64,000 nucleotides of DNA from Octopus vulgaris (taxonomy: Eukaryota), in NCBI GenBank assembly GCA_951406725.2, contig OX597821.1, forward strand, positions 68,014,001 to 68,078,000. The letters are read 5' to 3'. Position 1 is the first letter of the stretch; each line of letters begins with the position of its first letter. Under the pieces are notes generated by a model that worked only from the letters and a program-made list of their open reading frames with translations, was not told the DNA's origin and made no database searches. The position numbers were made by a program, and so were the translations under genes. Of this stretch, positions 41,530 through 54,800 are shown in pieces.

Positions 41530-42545
41530 TGATTTAGGCACAAGGTCCGTGATTTTGAGGAGAAAGGCTAAAAGTCGATATCATCAATCTCTGTACATGA
41601 TGCATCGTTTTGATACCGAAGATATAAAAGTAAAATTCTACCAACTCGCCGCTTAGCTCATATAGAAATGATCCTTTCTGCTATATGCACAAGGCCTTAA
41701 AATTTAGGGGCTGGGTGCTCGTCAATTATATCGATTCAAGTCTTTGACTTGTACGTATTTCATCTACCTCGAAAGGGTGAAAGTCGCCCTCGGCGGGGTT
41801 TGAACTCAAGATATAAAAGCGGACGAAACGCCACTAAGCATTTTGTCCGGTGTGCATACGATTCTATCAGCTCACCGCTTTGAATAAGAAGAAATGATTG
41901 TTTCAAATTTTGGTACAGGGCCAGCATTTTTTTTAGGGGAGGGGGAATCGATTACACCGTCCCTCAGTGTTTGTTTAGTACTTATTTTATCGACCTCAAA
42001 AGACTGAAATGTAGAGTCGACCTCGGTGGAATTTCGTCTCAGAATGCAATGACGAACGAAACGCCGCCAAGCATTTTGTCCGGCTCGTTAAAGGTTTTTC
42101 TTCTACTCTAGGAATAAGGCCTGAAATTTTGGGGAAGATGGCCAGTCAATTAGATCGATCCTAGTACGCAACAGGTACTTAATTTATCGACCCCGAAATG
42201 AGGAAAGGCAATGTCGACCTCGGCGGAATTTGAACTCAGAACGTAACGGCAGACGAAATACGGCTAAGCATTTCGCCAGGCGCGATAACGATTCTGCCAG
42301 CTCACCGCCTTGAAGTAAAGTAATATTTATTTCTGCTCTAGCCACAAGGTCTTCAAAATTTGGGGGATGAGGGGGCTAGTCGATTATATCGACCCCGTGT
42401 GCAATCGGTACTTATTTCATCGACCCCGAAAGGGTGAAAGGCACAGTCGACCTTGGCGGAATATGAACTCAGAACATAGTGACGGGCGAAAGACCGCTAA
42501 GCATTTTGTCCTGCGCACTAACGACTCTGCCTGCTCACCGTCTTG
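41530..42545 (-). mobile_element. Cluster of about five diverged family B copies with the alternative tail
   Basis: Repeated (ggc)acaagg..aaattt..ggg..gtcgatt..ggtactt..gtcgacctcggcgga units. Confidence 0.85.
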
Positions 42546-42999
42546 AAGTGAAATAATAATAAGAAGAGCAGTACTTTGATTCTAAATATTTTAAAGTAGG
42601 AAATTAAATTGAGAAGCCTTTTCCCGCCTTGTAATACAAACGGCAATAGCACCAAAGAATAACGTTGTAGGATTTCTTATGATTACTAGCAGCAAGGTAA
42701 TAATTGCTAGCACAACCCAACAGAATAATGCCTCGATGTACAAAAGTGTAGTTACTTTACACTTATTTTTGACCAACAGGTATATTTAGGGACGCTATCA
42801 GTGAAAAGATTGATTTATTCTGTATAAAATATAAATATAAAGAAAACTGCATGAAACGATTCGACCTCCTACGAATTGAAAATCAAGATAAAAAATTCAA
42901 TCTCTCACCTAAAAACATTTTCTCAAGTCTTTATTTTTGTTCTATTTATTAATTTATTTGTCTACTGCACAAATGATCTATAAATTTATACATACACAC

Positions 43000-43057
<58 letters not shown>

Positions 43058-43294
43058 GTGTGTATGTATATATATATATATGGATATATATACATGTATA
43101 TGCTTACAGATATGTGCGTATGTATATATTTCTATTTTCATATATATATTTTTATATATATATATATATATATGTACATATATACACATGTATATGTATA
43201 TAAACAGATAGATATGCATATATACATATATATACGTAAATATACACGCACACACACACACATATATGTGTGTGTGTGTATGTATGTGTGTAAG

Positions 43295-43352
<58 letters not shown>

Positions 43353-43939
43353 CATATATATAACTACTCAAGACCATATAATATAAGATAATTTGTTTTG
43401 TCCTTTTAGGAGTAAGAGTGTTTACATGAAATGAATAATGGAAAAAAAAATTCTTCCAAAACCTTTTTTTGCCTTCGAATTTGACCTTTAAACATTACAA
43501 AGATACTTTGATGAAGAAAAAAGATTACGAAACGATCGCCAGTATACGGTAAGAAGAGAAAATCGATATATAGACTATAATAACTAAGTCTATTGACAAG
43601 ACAGCATATACATGTACTTATATACGCATATATATATATATATGTATGTAGTTCTTTAGATATTTTCAATAAATGAACTGCAGCCATGCTGGGCTAGCGC
43701 CTTCGAGGTGTTTAGTCAATTATATATCTGTCCTAATATTTTTGTCTAGTGTTCATTTTATCGGACAGTTAAGTACAATCTTCAATACCGCAATGTAGTC
43801 TGCGATGCTTTTCACCGGTAAACACGAATACAGATATTCTATAACGCATCTATCTGCCTATCTATTTCTCTGTCTACCTTATATACGTAAAGATATGTGT
43901 GTGTGAGTGAGTGCGTACGTAGTAGTAGTAGAAGAAGTT

Positions 43940-44003
<64 letters not shown>

Positions 44004-44281
44004 CAGTAGCAGCAGCAGCAGCGGAACAGCGAAGTCGTCTACAAATCATGAAACGAACTCTGCGTATATGCGGGCAGAATCTGTAATTTCATATTGCATA
44101 GTTGACTTATATCATACAAGAGGTCTCATCAACAGAACACCGAAGCTGCAAAGCATCCTGGTGACTTGTCAGAGTTTTTGATGTTTGCACTATATGCAAC
44201 AAATAAACTTATTCAAACGGTAAGCCATGGAACAATAGCAACGCTTTTAAGTTAAGGTATATATATATATATATATATATA

Positions 44282-44400
44282 TCACGTCATCACGTGACCG
44301 ACCAGACCATCAGATGTTGTTACACATCGCTGGTCACAATGCGTTTGCATTGTTTTAGCCTTCGAATGACGCCACTCCGCTGGCTAAGCGACCAGGCCAA
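44282..44400 (-). mobile_element. Isolated alternative tail of SINE family C variant
   Basis: Closely similar to 35700-35821; embedded in (TA)n. Confidence 0.82.
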
Positions 44401-44669
44401 TATATATATATATTATAAATGTTCTATAATTATAAGCATAATTATAATTAGGTGTCAGCTAATTGCTTCGCCACGCACCGAATTTAGAAATATGAGCTAA
44501 ATTCCTTTTCTACTACCGTAAAAGCATGATTCATAGAGTATTTTAAAAGCCAGATGTTTCCACAAAGATACATAGACTTTAGATTTCACTTAAGGTCAAA
44601 TTAACATCAAATGGTCAACTATCAAAAATTTAACATTAATTCAGAAGTTAGAAGGGGCCCTAAAATACA

Positions 44670-45155
44670 TCTCTCTATATATAAACGGCAGTTTGTCTGT
44701 CTGTGTGTCTGTGTGTCTGTCAAGTTGTACCCTCATCCTGACCACGGCTTTCAACCGATTCTGATGAAACTTGACACACACATAGCCCAATGTCATAATT
44801 CAAAACTAACGCAGAGAAAATTTTGAAAAGTTCCCCCAGTTCTGAAGAAAATCGATAAATTCGACATGGGGTCGAGAATCCAAGCTTTTTATTTGCAACA
44901 CATTTTCTGTTGTAGTTTTCGCTTAATGTTACCCTAAGAAACTTAATTCTGACTTTAGTTTTCCAAGCAATACCTTACCATCAGAAAAAATCGATAAAAT
45001 CATGCCATTTTGGGAAATCGCATTCAAATTCAAGATGACATATTTTCGACAATATCTTTCACAAATTGACAGGAATTTTTTAAAAATTCACAGCGAGCAT
45101 CATGTCTGTTCCAGGGGCTCTTACATACCCGGGCAATGCCTGGCTATGCTGCTAG
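44670..45155 (+). mobile_element. Non-autonomous Helitron
   Basis: Starts TC after A (44669), has a (tctg/tgtc) tract near the 5' end and hairpin ccgggc-aat-gcctgg, ends CTAG before T (45156); no TSD. Confidence 0.85.
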
Positions 45156-45347
45156 TAATGAATATATCTTAAATTTAGCATGAACATATTTTGGTTAGTT
45201 GCACTGTGTTTAATAAAATTGTATTTAAACAGTACTGAGTGAAAGTTTTTCAAGTTTACAGTTTTCAGCTGTAACGATGGTCCTGATATTCAGTTTGCAC
45301 ATTTTATAAAAGCTCTTTTGTTTTTGTTTCGTTATATTCCGCTCCGC

Positions 45348-46085
45348 TAGGTGGCAAGCTGGCAGAAACGTTTGCGCGCCGGGCGAAATTCTTAGCGGTA
45401 TTTCGTCTGCTGCTATGTTCTGAGTTCAAATTCCACCGAGGTCGACTTTGCCCTTCAGCCTTTTAGAAAGGCGGCAAGCTGGCAGAATCGTTAGCACGCC
45501 GGGCGAAATGCTTAGCGGTATTTCGTCTGCTGTTACGTACTGAGTTCAAATTCCGCCGAGGTCGACTTTGCCTTTCATCCGTTCGTGGTCGATGAAAGAA
45601 GTACCAGTTACGTACTGGGGTCGATGTAATCGACTTAATCCGTTTGTATGTCCTTGTTTGTCCTCTCTGTGTTTAGCCCCTTGTGGGCAGTAAAGAAATA
45701 GGTATTTCGTCTGCTGTTACGTTCTGAGTTCAAATTCCGCCGAGGTCGACTTTGTCTTTCATCCTTTCGGGATCGATAAATTAAGAACCAGTTACGCACT
45801 GGGGTCGATGTAATCGACGTAATCCTTTTGTCTGTCCTTCTTTGTCCCCTCTATGTTTGGCTCCTTGCGGGCAAAAAATAAAAAAATTAAATAAGAAACG
45901 TTAGCATGCCGGGCGAAATGCTTATCAGTATTTCGTCTATCATTACGTTCTGAGTTCAATTTCGACTTTGCTTTTCAGTCTTTCGGTGTCGATAAATTAA
46001 GTACCAGCTGCGTACTAGGACAATCTAATCAACTGGCTTTCTTTCATCCCCAAAAAGTTCGTGTCTGGTGCCTAGAATAGAAACG
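45348..46085 (+). mobile_element. SINE family B array (about 4 units)
   Basis: Units at 45519 and 45703 (184-bp period); last unit carries the alternative tail. Confidence 0.92.
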
Positions 46086-46389
46086 AATGTATTCCGCTTC
46101 GCCTGCTTATTAAGATCCGACATAAGGTCCGACATAATTTGATACGCAAGTTCCTTGACCAGAAACATAGCACTCTGACCAAAGATATGCTTAACTATTA
46201 TTTATATTGTTTCAAGATATATTCTGTGATTATTTTTATGGATCTGACCGTTTGCATACTTTATTTAACAGTGTATTACAGATCAGACTCTTGACTTATT
46301 TTAAGTGCAAATTTATCGAGCACTATACGTGAAAGCGAAAATATTTACGCAATATTCGACTGCTATTCATTTCGATTAACGTATGTACA

Positions 46390-46461
46390 TGAGCATCAGT
46401 ATAGTGGTATGTATAGCCACCTCTCACGCGGTAGACCGAGGTTCAATTCCCCTCCAGGGAG
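46390..46461 (+). pseudogene. tRNA-Asp-derived pseudogene, anticodon reads CTC
   Basis: agtatagtggt..gtat..cctctcacgcggtagaccgaggttcaattcccc..gggag aligns to the metazoan tRNA-Asp(GTC) body; acceptor and T stems are mismatched; T run follows. Confidence 0.75.
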
Positions 46462-46755
46462 GCTATTTATTTTTTTCAAGGAGGTGCTCCAGCATGTCTG
46501 CAGTCAAATGGTTAAACACGTAAAAGAAAGAATAAAAGGGTACATGCGTACATACATACACGCAAATATGCATAGATGCATGCATGCATACATACATACA
46601 TACATACATACATACATACATACATACATACATACATACATACATACATGCATGCATGCATACATACATACATACATACATACACAGATCCAAGCCATCA
46701 GTGGAACTGTAAATATCTGTAAAACTTACCAGAAATTTATCATTTAAGTATATAT

Positions 46756-47238
46756 TTTTTTCCGGTTGATCCGATCAACGGAACAGCCTGCTCGTGAAAT
46801 TAACGTGTAAGTGGCTGAGTACTCCACAGACATATATACACACACTTACACAAACACATTACTACGGCACTCCGTCGGTTATGACGATGATGGTTCCAGT
46901 TGATCCAATCAACGAAACAGCCTGCTCGTGAAATTAACTTGCATGTGGCTGAGCACTCCACAAACACGTGTACCCTTAACGTAGTTCTCGGGGATATTCA
47001 GCGTGACACAGAGAGTGACAGGGCCGGCCCTTTGAAATACAGGTACAACAGAAACAGGAAGTAAGAGTGAGAGAAAGTTGTGGTGAAAGAGTACAGCAGG
47101 GATCACCACCATCCCTGCCGGAGCCTCGTGGAGCTTTAGGTGTTTTCGCTCAATAAACAACGCCCGGTCTGGGAATCGAAACCGCGATCCTACGACCGCG
47201 AGTCCGCTGCCCTAACCACTGGGCCATTGCGCCTCCAC
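46756..47238 (-). mobile_element. SINE family C (46866-47236) plus an extra partial tail copy (46762-46830)
   Basis: Near-consensus copy; taagtatatat flanks the whole composite (46745-46755 and 47239-47249). Confidence 0.9.
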
Positions 47239-47581
47239 TAAGTATATATGAGCATGTCTTGACATGCAACTATGTGCGTGAGAATACATAAATGAAACAA
47301 AACATACAAATCTGCACGCATACATGCATGCATACATACATACATACATACATACATACATACATACATACATACATACATACATACATACATAGAATAC
47401 ATACGTAAATGGTAAAGACACCCTTCGGTCATGAATGACCTTAGGATTCCACCTCCAAAGGTCCCCTCCGACGTACAAGTCTGGGCAAGGCAGTTTACGG
47501 AAGACCGACAGTCACCCATGCATACCAGCCCCCCTCTCCACGCTACCAATATCCAACGTTAGCCAAAGGAAAGGCATATAT

Positions 47582-47627
<46 letters not shown>

Positions 47628-47646
47628 CTATCTATCTATCTATCTA

Positions 47647-47694
<48 letters not shown>

Positions 47695-47698
<4 letters not shown>

Positions 47699-47900
47699 AT
47701 CCAAGCATGAAAATACAAAGAGAAAACACAACAACGCGAGGACGTGGAACAAGTATAGTATTATTGGATGCTCAGGAAAGAAGGAAAGAAGGAGGGTTTA
47801 ACGTTTCGAGCGGAGCTCTTCGTTAGAAACATGGGAAAAAGAAAGAGCCAAAGAAGGGAAGACGGAGGAAAAAAATCGCCAACGGTACACGCGCGGTCAC
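47695..47900 (-). mobile_element. Penelope-LTR-like element with minimal hammerhead motif
   Basis: Minus 47796-47830 reads gttt-ctaacga-a-gagc-tcc-gctc-GAAACGTT-aaac; flanked by (TA)n on both sides. Confidence 0.62.
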
Positions 47901-47917
47901 ATATATATATATATATA

Positions 47918-48035
47918 TATATACAAAATTTAGAGGAATGACAACTAATAGTGGACAGTTTGTATGCTAGAAATAGACGTCAAACTCGCCATTAAATAGC
48001 GAGTTTGACGTCTATTTCCTCTAAATTTTGTATGT
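47918..48035. repeat. Nested hairpin / foldback
   Basis: Perfect 20-bp stem gaaatagacgtcaaactcgc / gcgagtttgacgtctatttc, plus outer arms atacaaaatttagaggaa / ttcctctaaattttgtat. Confidence 0.85.
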
Positions 48036-48489
48036 ATAAAATGTTTAATCTTCGGATTAAAAAAAAAATATGCTAGGCCACTGGTTTTAATTGATTAATA
48101 TCGATTATTTACTTTTATTCTTTTTCCCCCACTTAACTCGTCTCTTCCTCTCTCTCTCATTCTTCACTCTCTCTCTCCCCCTCACCATTCTTCATGGTCT
48201 CCTCGCAGCCATTCCTCTTCTTCTCTCCCTTCCTTTTGCTCCTCCTCCCCCCTTCCCGTCGTCCACCCGCGACGATACTTCCGCCCTGACTGTCTTTTTT
48301 GGCCTGGCTTTCAAGGTAACTGGACGACATTCCTCCTGCTCTCCTGTCGTTCACAAAAAATTCTGCGTTTGCAATACTTTTTTCGTTCGTACCATTTTTT
48401 ACCCCTCTGCGAAAAGATCTCAGAATTTTAATTGATTTGCTTTTCGCAGGAAGGAAAGTTTCTTGTCGAAGATACGTCTCGCTTTTATC

Positions 48490-48760
48490 CTTCGAAACGT
48501 AGAGTAGATGAAACCTTAGAGACTGAAGAAGGGGTTTTTTCGTTGTGTTACTTGTCCTGTACTCCATTTTTTGTTGTTTTTAAAAAAATGTCCAGTTCCT
48601 TTGGTTTGTGTCTATGTTTTCGTTTCTCTTTGTGTTCGACGTCCCTTTGGTGTCCTGTACTCATATATGCGTGTATATGTACATGTAGAGGTAGGTACGT
48701 ACATATATGTTTATATATATGCATATGTTTTATTTCATTTATTAATATATATATATATAC
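48490..48760 (+). mobile_element. Unclassified dispersed repeat, homologous to 25700-26008
   Basis: Similar nucleotide body, also visible as similar spurious translations (FSLCST..IYACI..RYVHIC). Confidence 0.65.
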
Positions 48761-48952
48761 ATGTACTGAGTTAGATTGTCAAATATTTTTACTTCTGCTA
48801 TTCAGGACAAACTAGGAAGTGTTAATTTAGTCATGAATTTTCAATCTTTAGTGAGGTCAAGGTGTTATTACAAAGGTTTTCCTTCCTCTTCCGGAGAAAC
48901 GTGAGTCGAAACATCTGGCCATGCTGTAATAAAGAAATAATTAAACGTTCAC

Positions 48953-49327
48953 GCGCGCAATGGCCCAGTGGTTAGGGCAGCGGACTCGCGGTCGTAGGAT
49001 CGCGGTTTCGATTCCAAGACCGGGCGTTGTGAGTGTTTACTGAGCGAAAATACCTAAAGCTCCACGAGACTCCGACAGAGATGGTGGTGATCCCTGCTGT
49101 ACTCTTTCACCACAACTTTCTCTCACTCTTACTTCCTGTTTCTGTTGTACCTGTATTTCAAAGGGCCGGCCTTGTCACTCTCTGTGTCACGCTGAATATC
49201 CCCGAGAACTGCGTTAAGGGTACACGTGTCTGTGGAGTGCTCAGCCACTTACACGTTAATTTCACGAGCAGGCTGTTCCGTTGATTCGGATCAACCCGAA
49301 CCCTCGTCGTCGTAACCGACGGAGTGC
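48953..49327 (+). mobile_element. SINE family C, full length
   Basis: A box tggcccagtgg, B-box-like ggtttcgattcc, TCG in the anticodon-like position. Confidence 0.92.
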
Positions 49328-49430
49328 TTCCATCCCACATACATACACACATTATACACGTATATGGGTGTGCGTGAGTATGTGTTTGTATGCGTGTGAG
49401 TGTCTGTGCGCGCGTGCGTGCTTCCATGCA

Positions 49431-49485
<55 letters not shown>

Positions 49486-50084
49486 ATGTTTGTGCACAAG
49501 TTAGTATGAGAAGTGCAACAAGGTTAAGTGAATTGAAAAGAATTCAATTCATTTGAATTGAAATCTGAAAATGGAAGCTCAAGCGGAAAATGACATAAGT
49601 ATGCGATACACCGTATAATATAACTTCGAGCTCGGAGCAATAGTTGAAGAAGTAACAAGTGCGACCAGAAGTGATGCAATTAAGAGCAGTGAAAAGCAGC
49701 ATAGACAATCTCTAATCATGGCAGTACACAACATAAACGTCATTGAAACATATTAGTAGAGGGCCTCTCTCTCTCTCCGCACAGCGCGTTATCTATTCAG
49801 TATATAATCATTATTGATGTCCTTCCAAAGATCCTTCCTACACAAGGGACACGTAAAATTTCGTGTGAAAGCAAGGAGGTTGCAGGGGGGAGGGGGAAGG
49901 GGGCCAAATAGAGGTAAGAAAAAGAAGGAGAGCATGGGTGAGGCTATCTTTCAAACAATAAAGCTCAATGATGTTTAGGCGTTTTAATTTCCAAAGATTA
50001 GCTGTAGGATAGGAATAAAGAAAGAAAGAAAGAAAGAAAGAAAGGAAAGAAAAGAAGGATGGTTTAATGGACCAGTGGAACAAT

Positions 50085-50446
50085 ATCGTTGTTGTTGTCT
50101 TTGTTGTTGTTGTTTTTGTTGTTGATGATGTTGATGATGTTGTTGTTGTTCTTAATGCTGCTGGTGGTGGTGGTGTTCGTTATGGTAAAGGTGCTGGATG
50201 TGCTGCGTGGTTGATAGTTACGCTGATGCTTCTCATGTGTGTGTGAATGTGTGTGTGTGTGTGAATGGGAGTGGATAACAGTAGTGATGTTGTAGTTGTT
50301 GTTGTTGCTGTTGATGGTGGTGGTGGTGGGAATGTAGTGGATGCAGTGATGTTAGTTGTGATGGACGTTGTGCGGTGATTGCTGTGTTCAGATAAGGCTT
50401 ATTTACAGTAGCAGTAGTGGTGGTGGTGGCGGCGGCGGAGGTGGTG

Positions 50447-50505
<59 letters not shown>

Positions 50506-51045
50506 TCTTGTTGTAGTAGTAGCGGTGATGGTGGTGTAGGTAGTGGTGGTGGTTGTGGAATTTAGTTGGGTTTTATTGGTTTAAAGTGATGGTTGCTATG
50601 CGGTGGTTGCGATGGTGTAAGGCATAGAGGTTGTTACGGTGGTAGTGGCGGCAGTTTCGTGTGGTGATAGTCGTAGTGGTGGTCCTTGTTGTGGTGGTGT
50701 TAGTGGCGGTGGGATAGGTAGGTACGTGGTGGTGGTGTTAGTGGTGAGTTGGTGGTGGTAGTAGTGGTGGTGGTGTAGGTGGTAATGGTAGTGGTCGTGG
50801 TGATGGCGGTAGAGGTAGGGACAGTGGTGATGGTGGTGGTGGTGGTGCTGGACGTCGTCGTCATCATCGTGGTGATTGTAGAGGTAGTTATGTCCGTCGT
50901 GATAGTCGTGGTGGTAGAGGTGGTGGTGGTGGTGGTGATGGTTGTAGATGTGGTGGTGGTTGTAGTGATGTGGTGGTGGTTGTAGTTGTGATGGGGGTGG
51001 TTGTAGTGGTGGTTGTAGTGATGGTGGTGATGGTGATGGTGGTGC
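50085..51045. repeat. Degenerate (GGT/GTT/AGT)n tract
   Basis: Low-complexity triplet repeats. Confidence 0.88.
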
Positions 51046-51324
51046 AGAGATAAAAAACCTCTACAACGGCCAAGGAATTCGTGAAAACGACAGCTTCAGA
51101 TATTTATCAAGATTATTTCGTTTTATGTCATGGTTTTGTTGTTGTTGTTGTTACTTATAATTTAATGGGTCTCCTTTGTATTGATGATGACAGAGATGAT
51201 GATGATGATGATGGTGGAAGTTGTCATAGTGATAGTGGTGGTGTTGGGGTCGTTGGTGGGAGCGATGGGTGGCAGGACTTACTGCAATTTGCATTGTCAT
51301 AAAACAGTAAATGCTGGCTGCAGC

Positions 51325-52248
51325 TTCCTTCTTAGTCTGCTTCTTCTTATCATCATCTTCTTCTCCTCCTCTACCTTCTTCTTTTTCTCCTTCTTCATCA
51401 CCTCTTTCTTCATCCCCCTCCTCTTCTTTTTCCTCCTGCTTCTGCTCCTTTCTCCCCATCTTCTTCCACCTCCTTCCCCTTTTTCTGCTGTTCCTTCTGC
51501 TTCCTCCTCTTTCTCCTCCTCCCCTTCTCCTTTTTCTCCCTCTTCATCTCCTCTTTCCTCCTGCTCCCCCTCCTCCTCCTTCTTCCCTACCTTCTTTTTT
51601 TCCTCCTCATCTTCTTTTTCCTTCTGTTCCTTTCCCCTCTTCTTCCACCTCCTCCACCATTTTTTTGCTGTTTCTTCTTCTTCCTCCACTTTCTCCTCCC
51701 CCTTCTTCTTTTTCTCCTTCTTCATCTCCTCTTTCCTCCTGCTCCCCCTCCTCCTCCTTCTTCCCTACCTTCTTTTTTTCCTCCACCTCTTCTTTTTCCT
51801 TCAGCTCCTTTCTCCTCTTCTTCTTTCCACCTCCTTCCCCATTTTTTTGCTGTTTCTTCTTCTTCCTCCACTTTCTCCTCCTCCCCTTCTTCTTTTGCTC
51901 CTTCTTCATCTCCTCTTTCCTCCTCCTCCTCCTCCCCTTCTTCCCTACCTTCTTTTTTTCCTCCACCTCTTCTTTTTCCTTCTGCTCCTTTCTCCTTTTC
52001 TTCTTCCACCTCCTCCACCATTTTTTCTGCTGTTTCTTTTTCTTCCTCCACTGCTTCCTCCTCCTCTTCTTTTTCTCCTTCTTCATTTCCTCTTTCTTCC
52101 TCCTCCTTCTTCACATTTTTCTCCTCCTCCTCCTTTTTCCACTTCTTCTTCCACCTCCTCCTCCTCCTCCTTTTTCTGCTGTTTCTTCTTCTTCCTCCAC
52201 TTCTTCCTCCTCTTTTCCTCCTCCCCTTCTTCTTTTTCTTCTTCTTCA
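51325..52248. repeat. Polypyrimidine minisatellite with about 180-bp period
   Basis: Marker ccctac at 51585, 51763 and 51943. Confidence 0.9.
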
Positions 52249-52352
52249 TGTTGTTCTGGGGTTTTGTATTACTGGTGGTTGTTTGTCGTAGTCGTAGTAC
52301 TAGTTGTGTTGGTACTACTCAACAACCCTGTTGCTACTGTTCGTATTATACG

Positions 52353-52388
<36 letters not shown>

Positions 52389-52709
52389 CGTTGATGGTTT
52401 AGTTCTTGTTATTGTTCGGACCAAAATCAATCCTGAACGACGAGATCGGTGATGTAAGGCATTCCAGTCGTTACATACTCCTCCATTTCTTCTGACATAA
52501 ATTGACCTCTAACACAATCTCTCCTAATATTTCCTTAATGTAAGAGAGTAGGATGCAATTTGAATGACATTTGGCCGTTAATTTTAGCAAGTCAACTACG
52601 TAGGCAGCTTCTTGCTGGTAGTTGCTGGTGCCGGTGATAATATAGTATGGGTGGTGTTTTTACTGAGAGAATTGTAAAAACTTCGTAATAGATAAAAAAA
52701 AATTAATAA

Positions 52710-52846
52710 TTGCTACCCAGCGACATGGTCCCGAGTTCAGTCGCACTGCGTGTCACCTTGGGCAAGTGTCTTCTACAACAGCCTGGGGCCGACCAAAGCC
52801 TTGTGACTGGATCTGATGGACGGAAACTAGTAGACGGAAGCCTGTC

Positions 52847-52909
<63 letters not shown>

Positions 52910-53163
52910 GCATGTGTATGTGTGTGTGTGTGTGTGTCTTTGTGTTTGTCCCTATCACTACCACCACCACCATCGCTTGACAACCGATGCTGATGTGTTT
53001 ACGTCCCGGTAATTTTAGCGTTTCGGCAAAAGAGACCGATAGAATAAATACGGGCTTACAAAGATTATGTCCTGGGGTCGAATTCTTCGGCTAAAAGGTG
53101 GTACTCCAGCATGGCCGCCGTCAAAATGACTGAAACAAATAAAAGAATAAAAGAACAAAAGAA
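52710..53163 (+). mobile_element. SINE family A, 5' eroded
   Basis: caccttgggcaagtgtctt, TA tract and family A tail. Confidence 0.87.
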
Positions 53164-53589
53164 TGTCATCTCTATGCGGCATTCGCTTATTCTTTAACTT
53201 GAAATTCAAATTCATATTTCTACTCGTCTTGTGCGGAAAAGATTGTGTGCACCACAGATATTTCAGAAATAGGATGTGTTGTATTTGTTGTTTATTTGTT
53301 GGTTGGGCTTCCAATGCACCCGATGACAAATTTTGTTTTTTCATCCTTCTTGCCTCGGTAAAATAATGTTAGCTTCTAGTTACACACATTTATGTAGTTG
53401 AGCCTGTGTTAGTAATAATGGTGTACACTTCAATGAGCAAGGATGTTTTTTTTTAATTTCTTTTGTTTGTTTTTTTCCTTGAGTCTTCGTGGTCATTAGG
53501 TCGGTCGCCCGGGTTCCGTGGCATATAATTGGCCAAGAAGACAACGAAACCTTGAACGGGACACCGGTCCATAGCAGAGTTCAAGGTCA

Positions 53590-53947
53590 GTAATTTTCGA
53601 AGAGAATGGGAGGCAAGTCGATAACATCAAAACCAGTACTTGACTAGTACTTATATTCTCGACTCCGGAGCGGGGTGAAAGGCAAAGTTGACTTTGCTGG
53701 GATATGAACTCAGAACGTCACGAACCGGAAGAGGTGCCGTTGTGCATTTTACTCGACGTGCTAACGATTCTGCTAACACGCAGCTTTAATGAACAGATTA
53801 ACAGGTGTGGCCCTGTGGTAAGAAGCTTACTTTCCAACCATATCGTTCCGGGTTCAGTCCAACTGCGTGGCACCTTGCACAGGTGTCTTGTACTATAGCC
53901 TCTGGTTGACCAAAGCCTTGTGAGTGGATTTGGTCAGCGTTGTGTGC

Positions 53948-53992
<45 letters not shown>

Positions 53993-54225
53993 GTGTGCGT
54001 GTGTTTGTGTGCATGTGTTTGTCCCACACTTCCGCTTGACAACCGGTGTTTGTATGTATACGTCCTCGTAACTTAGTGGTTCGGCAAAAAAAAAACCGAT
54101 AGCATAAGTATCAGGCTTTAGATAAATTGACGAGTACTGGGGTCGATTCGTTCGACTAAGAATTTTTCAAAGCAGTGCTCCAGCATGGCCGCAGTCTAAT
54201 GACTGAAACAAGTAAGAGATAAAAG
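53590..54225. mobile_element. Old family B copy (minus, 53590-53790) followed by family A copy (plus, 53803-54225)
   Basis: Diagnostic cores of both families. Confidence 0.82.
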
Positions 54226-54298
54226 TTGTTCCAATTTTCCAACTTTAACCACGCCATCTTTCTTCCGAGCATTGTATATATCAGACAAGATATTCAAT

Positions 54299-54501
54299 AC
54301 AGTTCTATATTTAAGAGATGAGGAATTATGTACATTATTTACATGATTTACATTTGACGGATATTTGTCCACATCTTGTTTGTTGTTAACACAACGTTTC
54401 GGCTGATATACCCTCCAGCCTTCATCAGGTGCCTTGGGGAATATTTCGAATCTGGGTTCTCATTCCTAAAGTATTTTTTCGATGACCTGAATAATAATAA
54501 C

Positions 54502-54575
<74 letters not shown>

Positions 54576-54800
54576 CAATAATAACAATAATAATAATAAT
54601 AATAACCACAACAACAACAACAACAACAATAGTAATAATAATAATAATAATAACAACATCGAAAAATACCTTAGGAATGAGAATCCAGATTCGAAATTTC
54701 TCCAAGATGAAGGATGGAGAGTATAATAGACGAAGCGTTGTGTTAACAACAAACAAGATGAGGACAAATATCCGTCAAGTGTAAATAATGTAAATAATGG
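54299..54800. mobile_element. Inverted pair of Penelope-LTR-like arms around (AAT)n, with hammerhead motif and 11-bp TSD
   Basis: Arms 54333-54484 and 54657-54799; agatattcaat at 54288-54298 and 54801-54811; minus 54389-54432 reads gcac-CTGATGA-a-ggctg..cagcc-GAAACGTT-gtgt. Confidence 0.82.

Noticed and set aside
40665-42545. Repeat-spacer appearance suggestive of a CRISPR array
   Set aside because: Units are 180-200 bp SINE copies without unique spacers; eukaryotic context and no cas genes.
42591-42776. Hydrophobic 61-aa minus ORF resembling a membrane segment
   Set aside because: No recognisable homology or convincing splice context; expected by chance in T-rich DNA.
51181-52452. 423-aa ORF and overlapping Glu/Lys-rich ORFs
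   Set aside because: Open in several frames on both strands because the CT-rich minisatellite lacks stop codons; no domain signal.
53200-53450. Possible APE endonuclease remnant on minus (FYRGKKD...HPISE)
   Set aside because: Similarity too weak and interrupted to call without a profile search.
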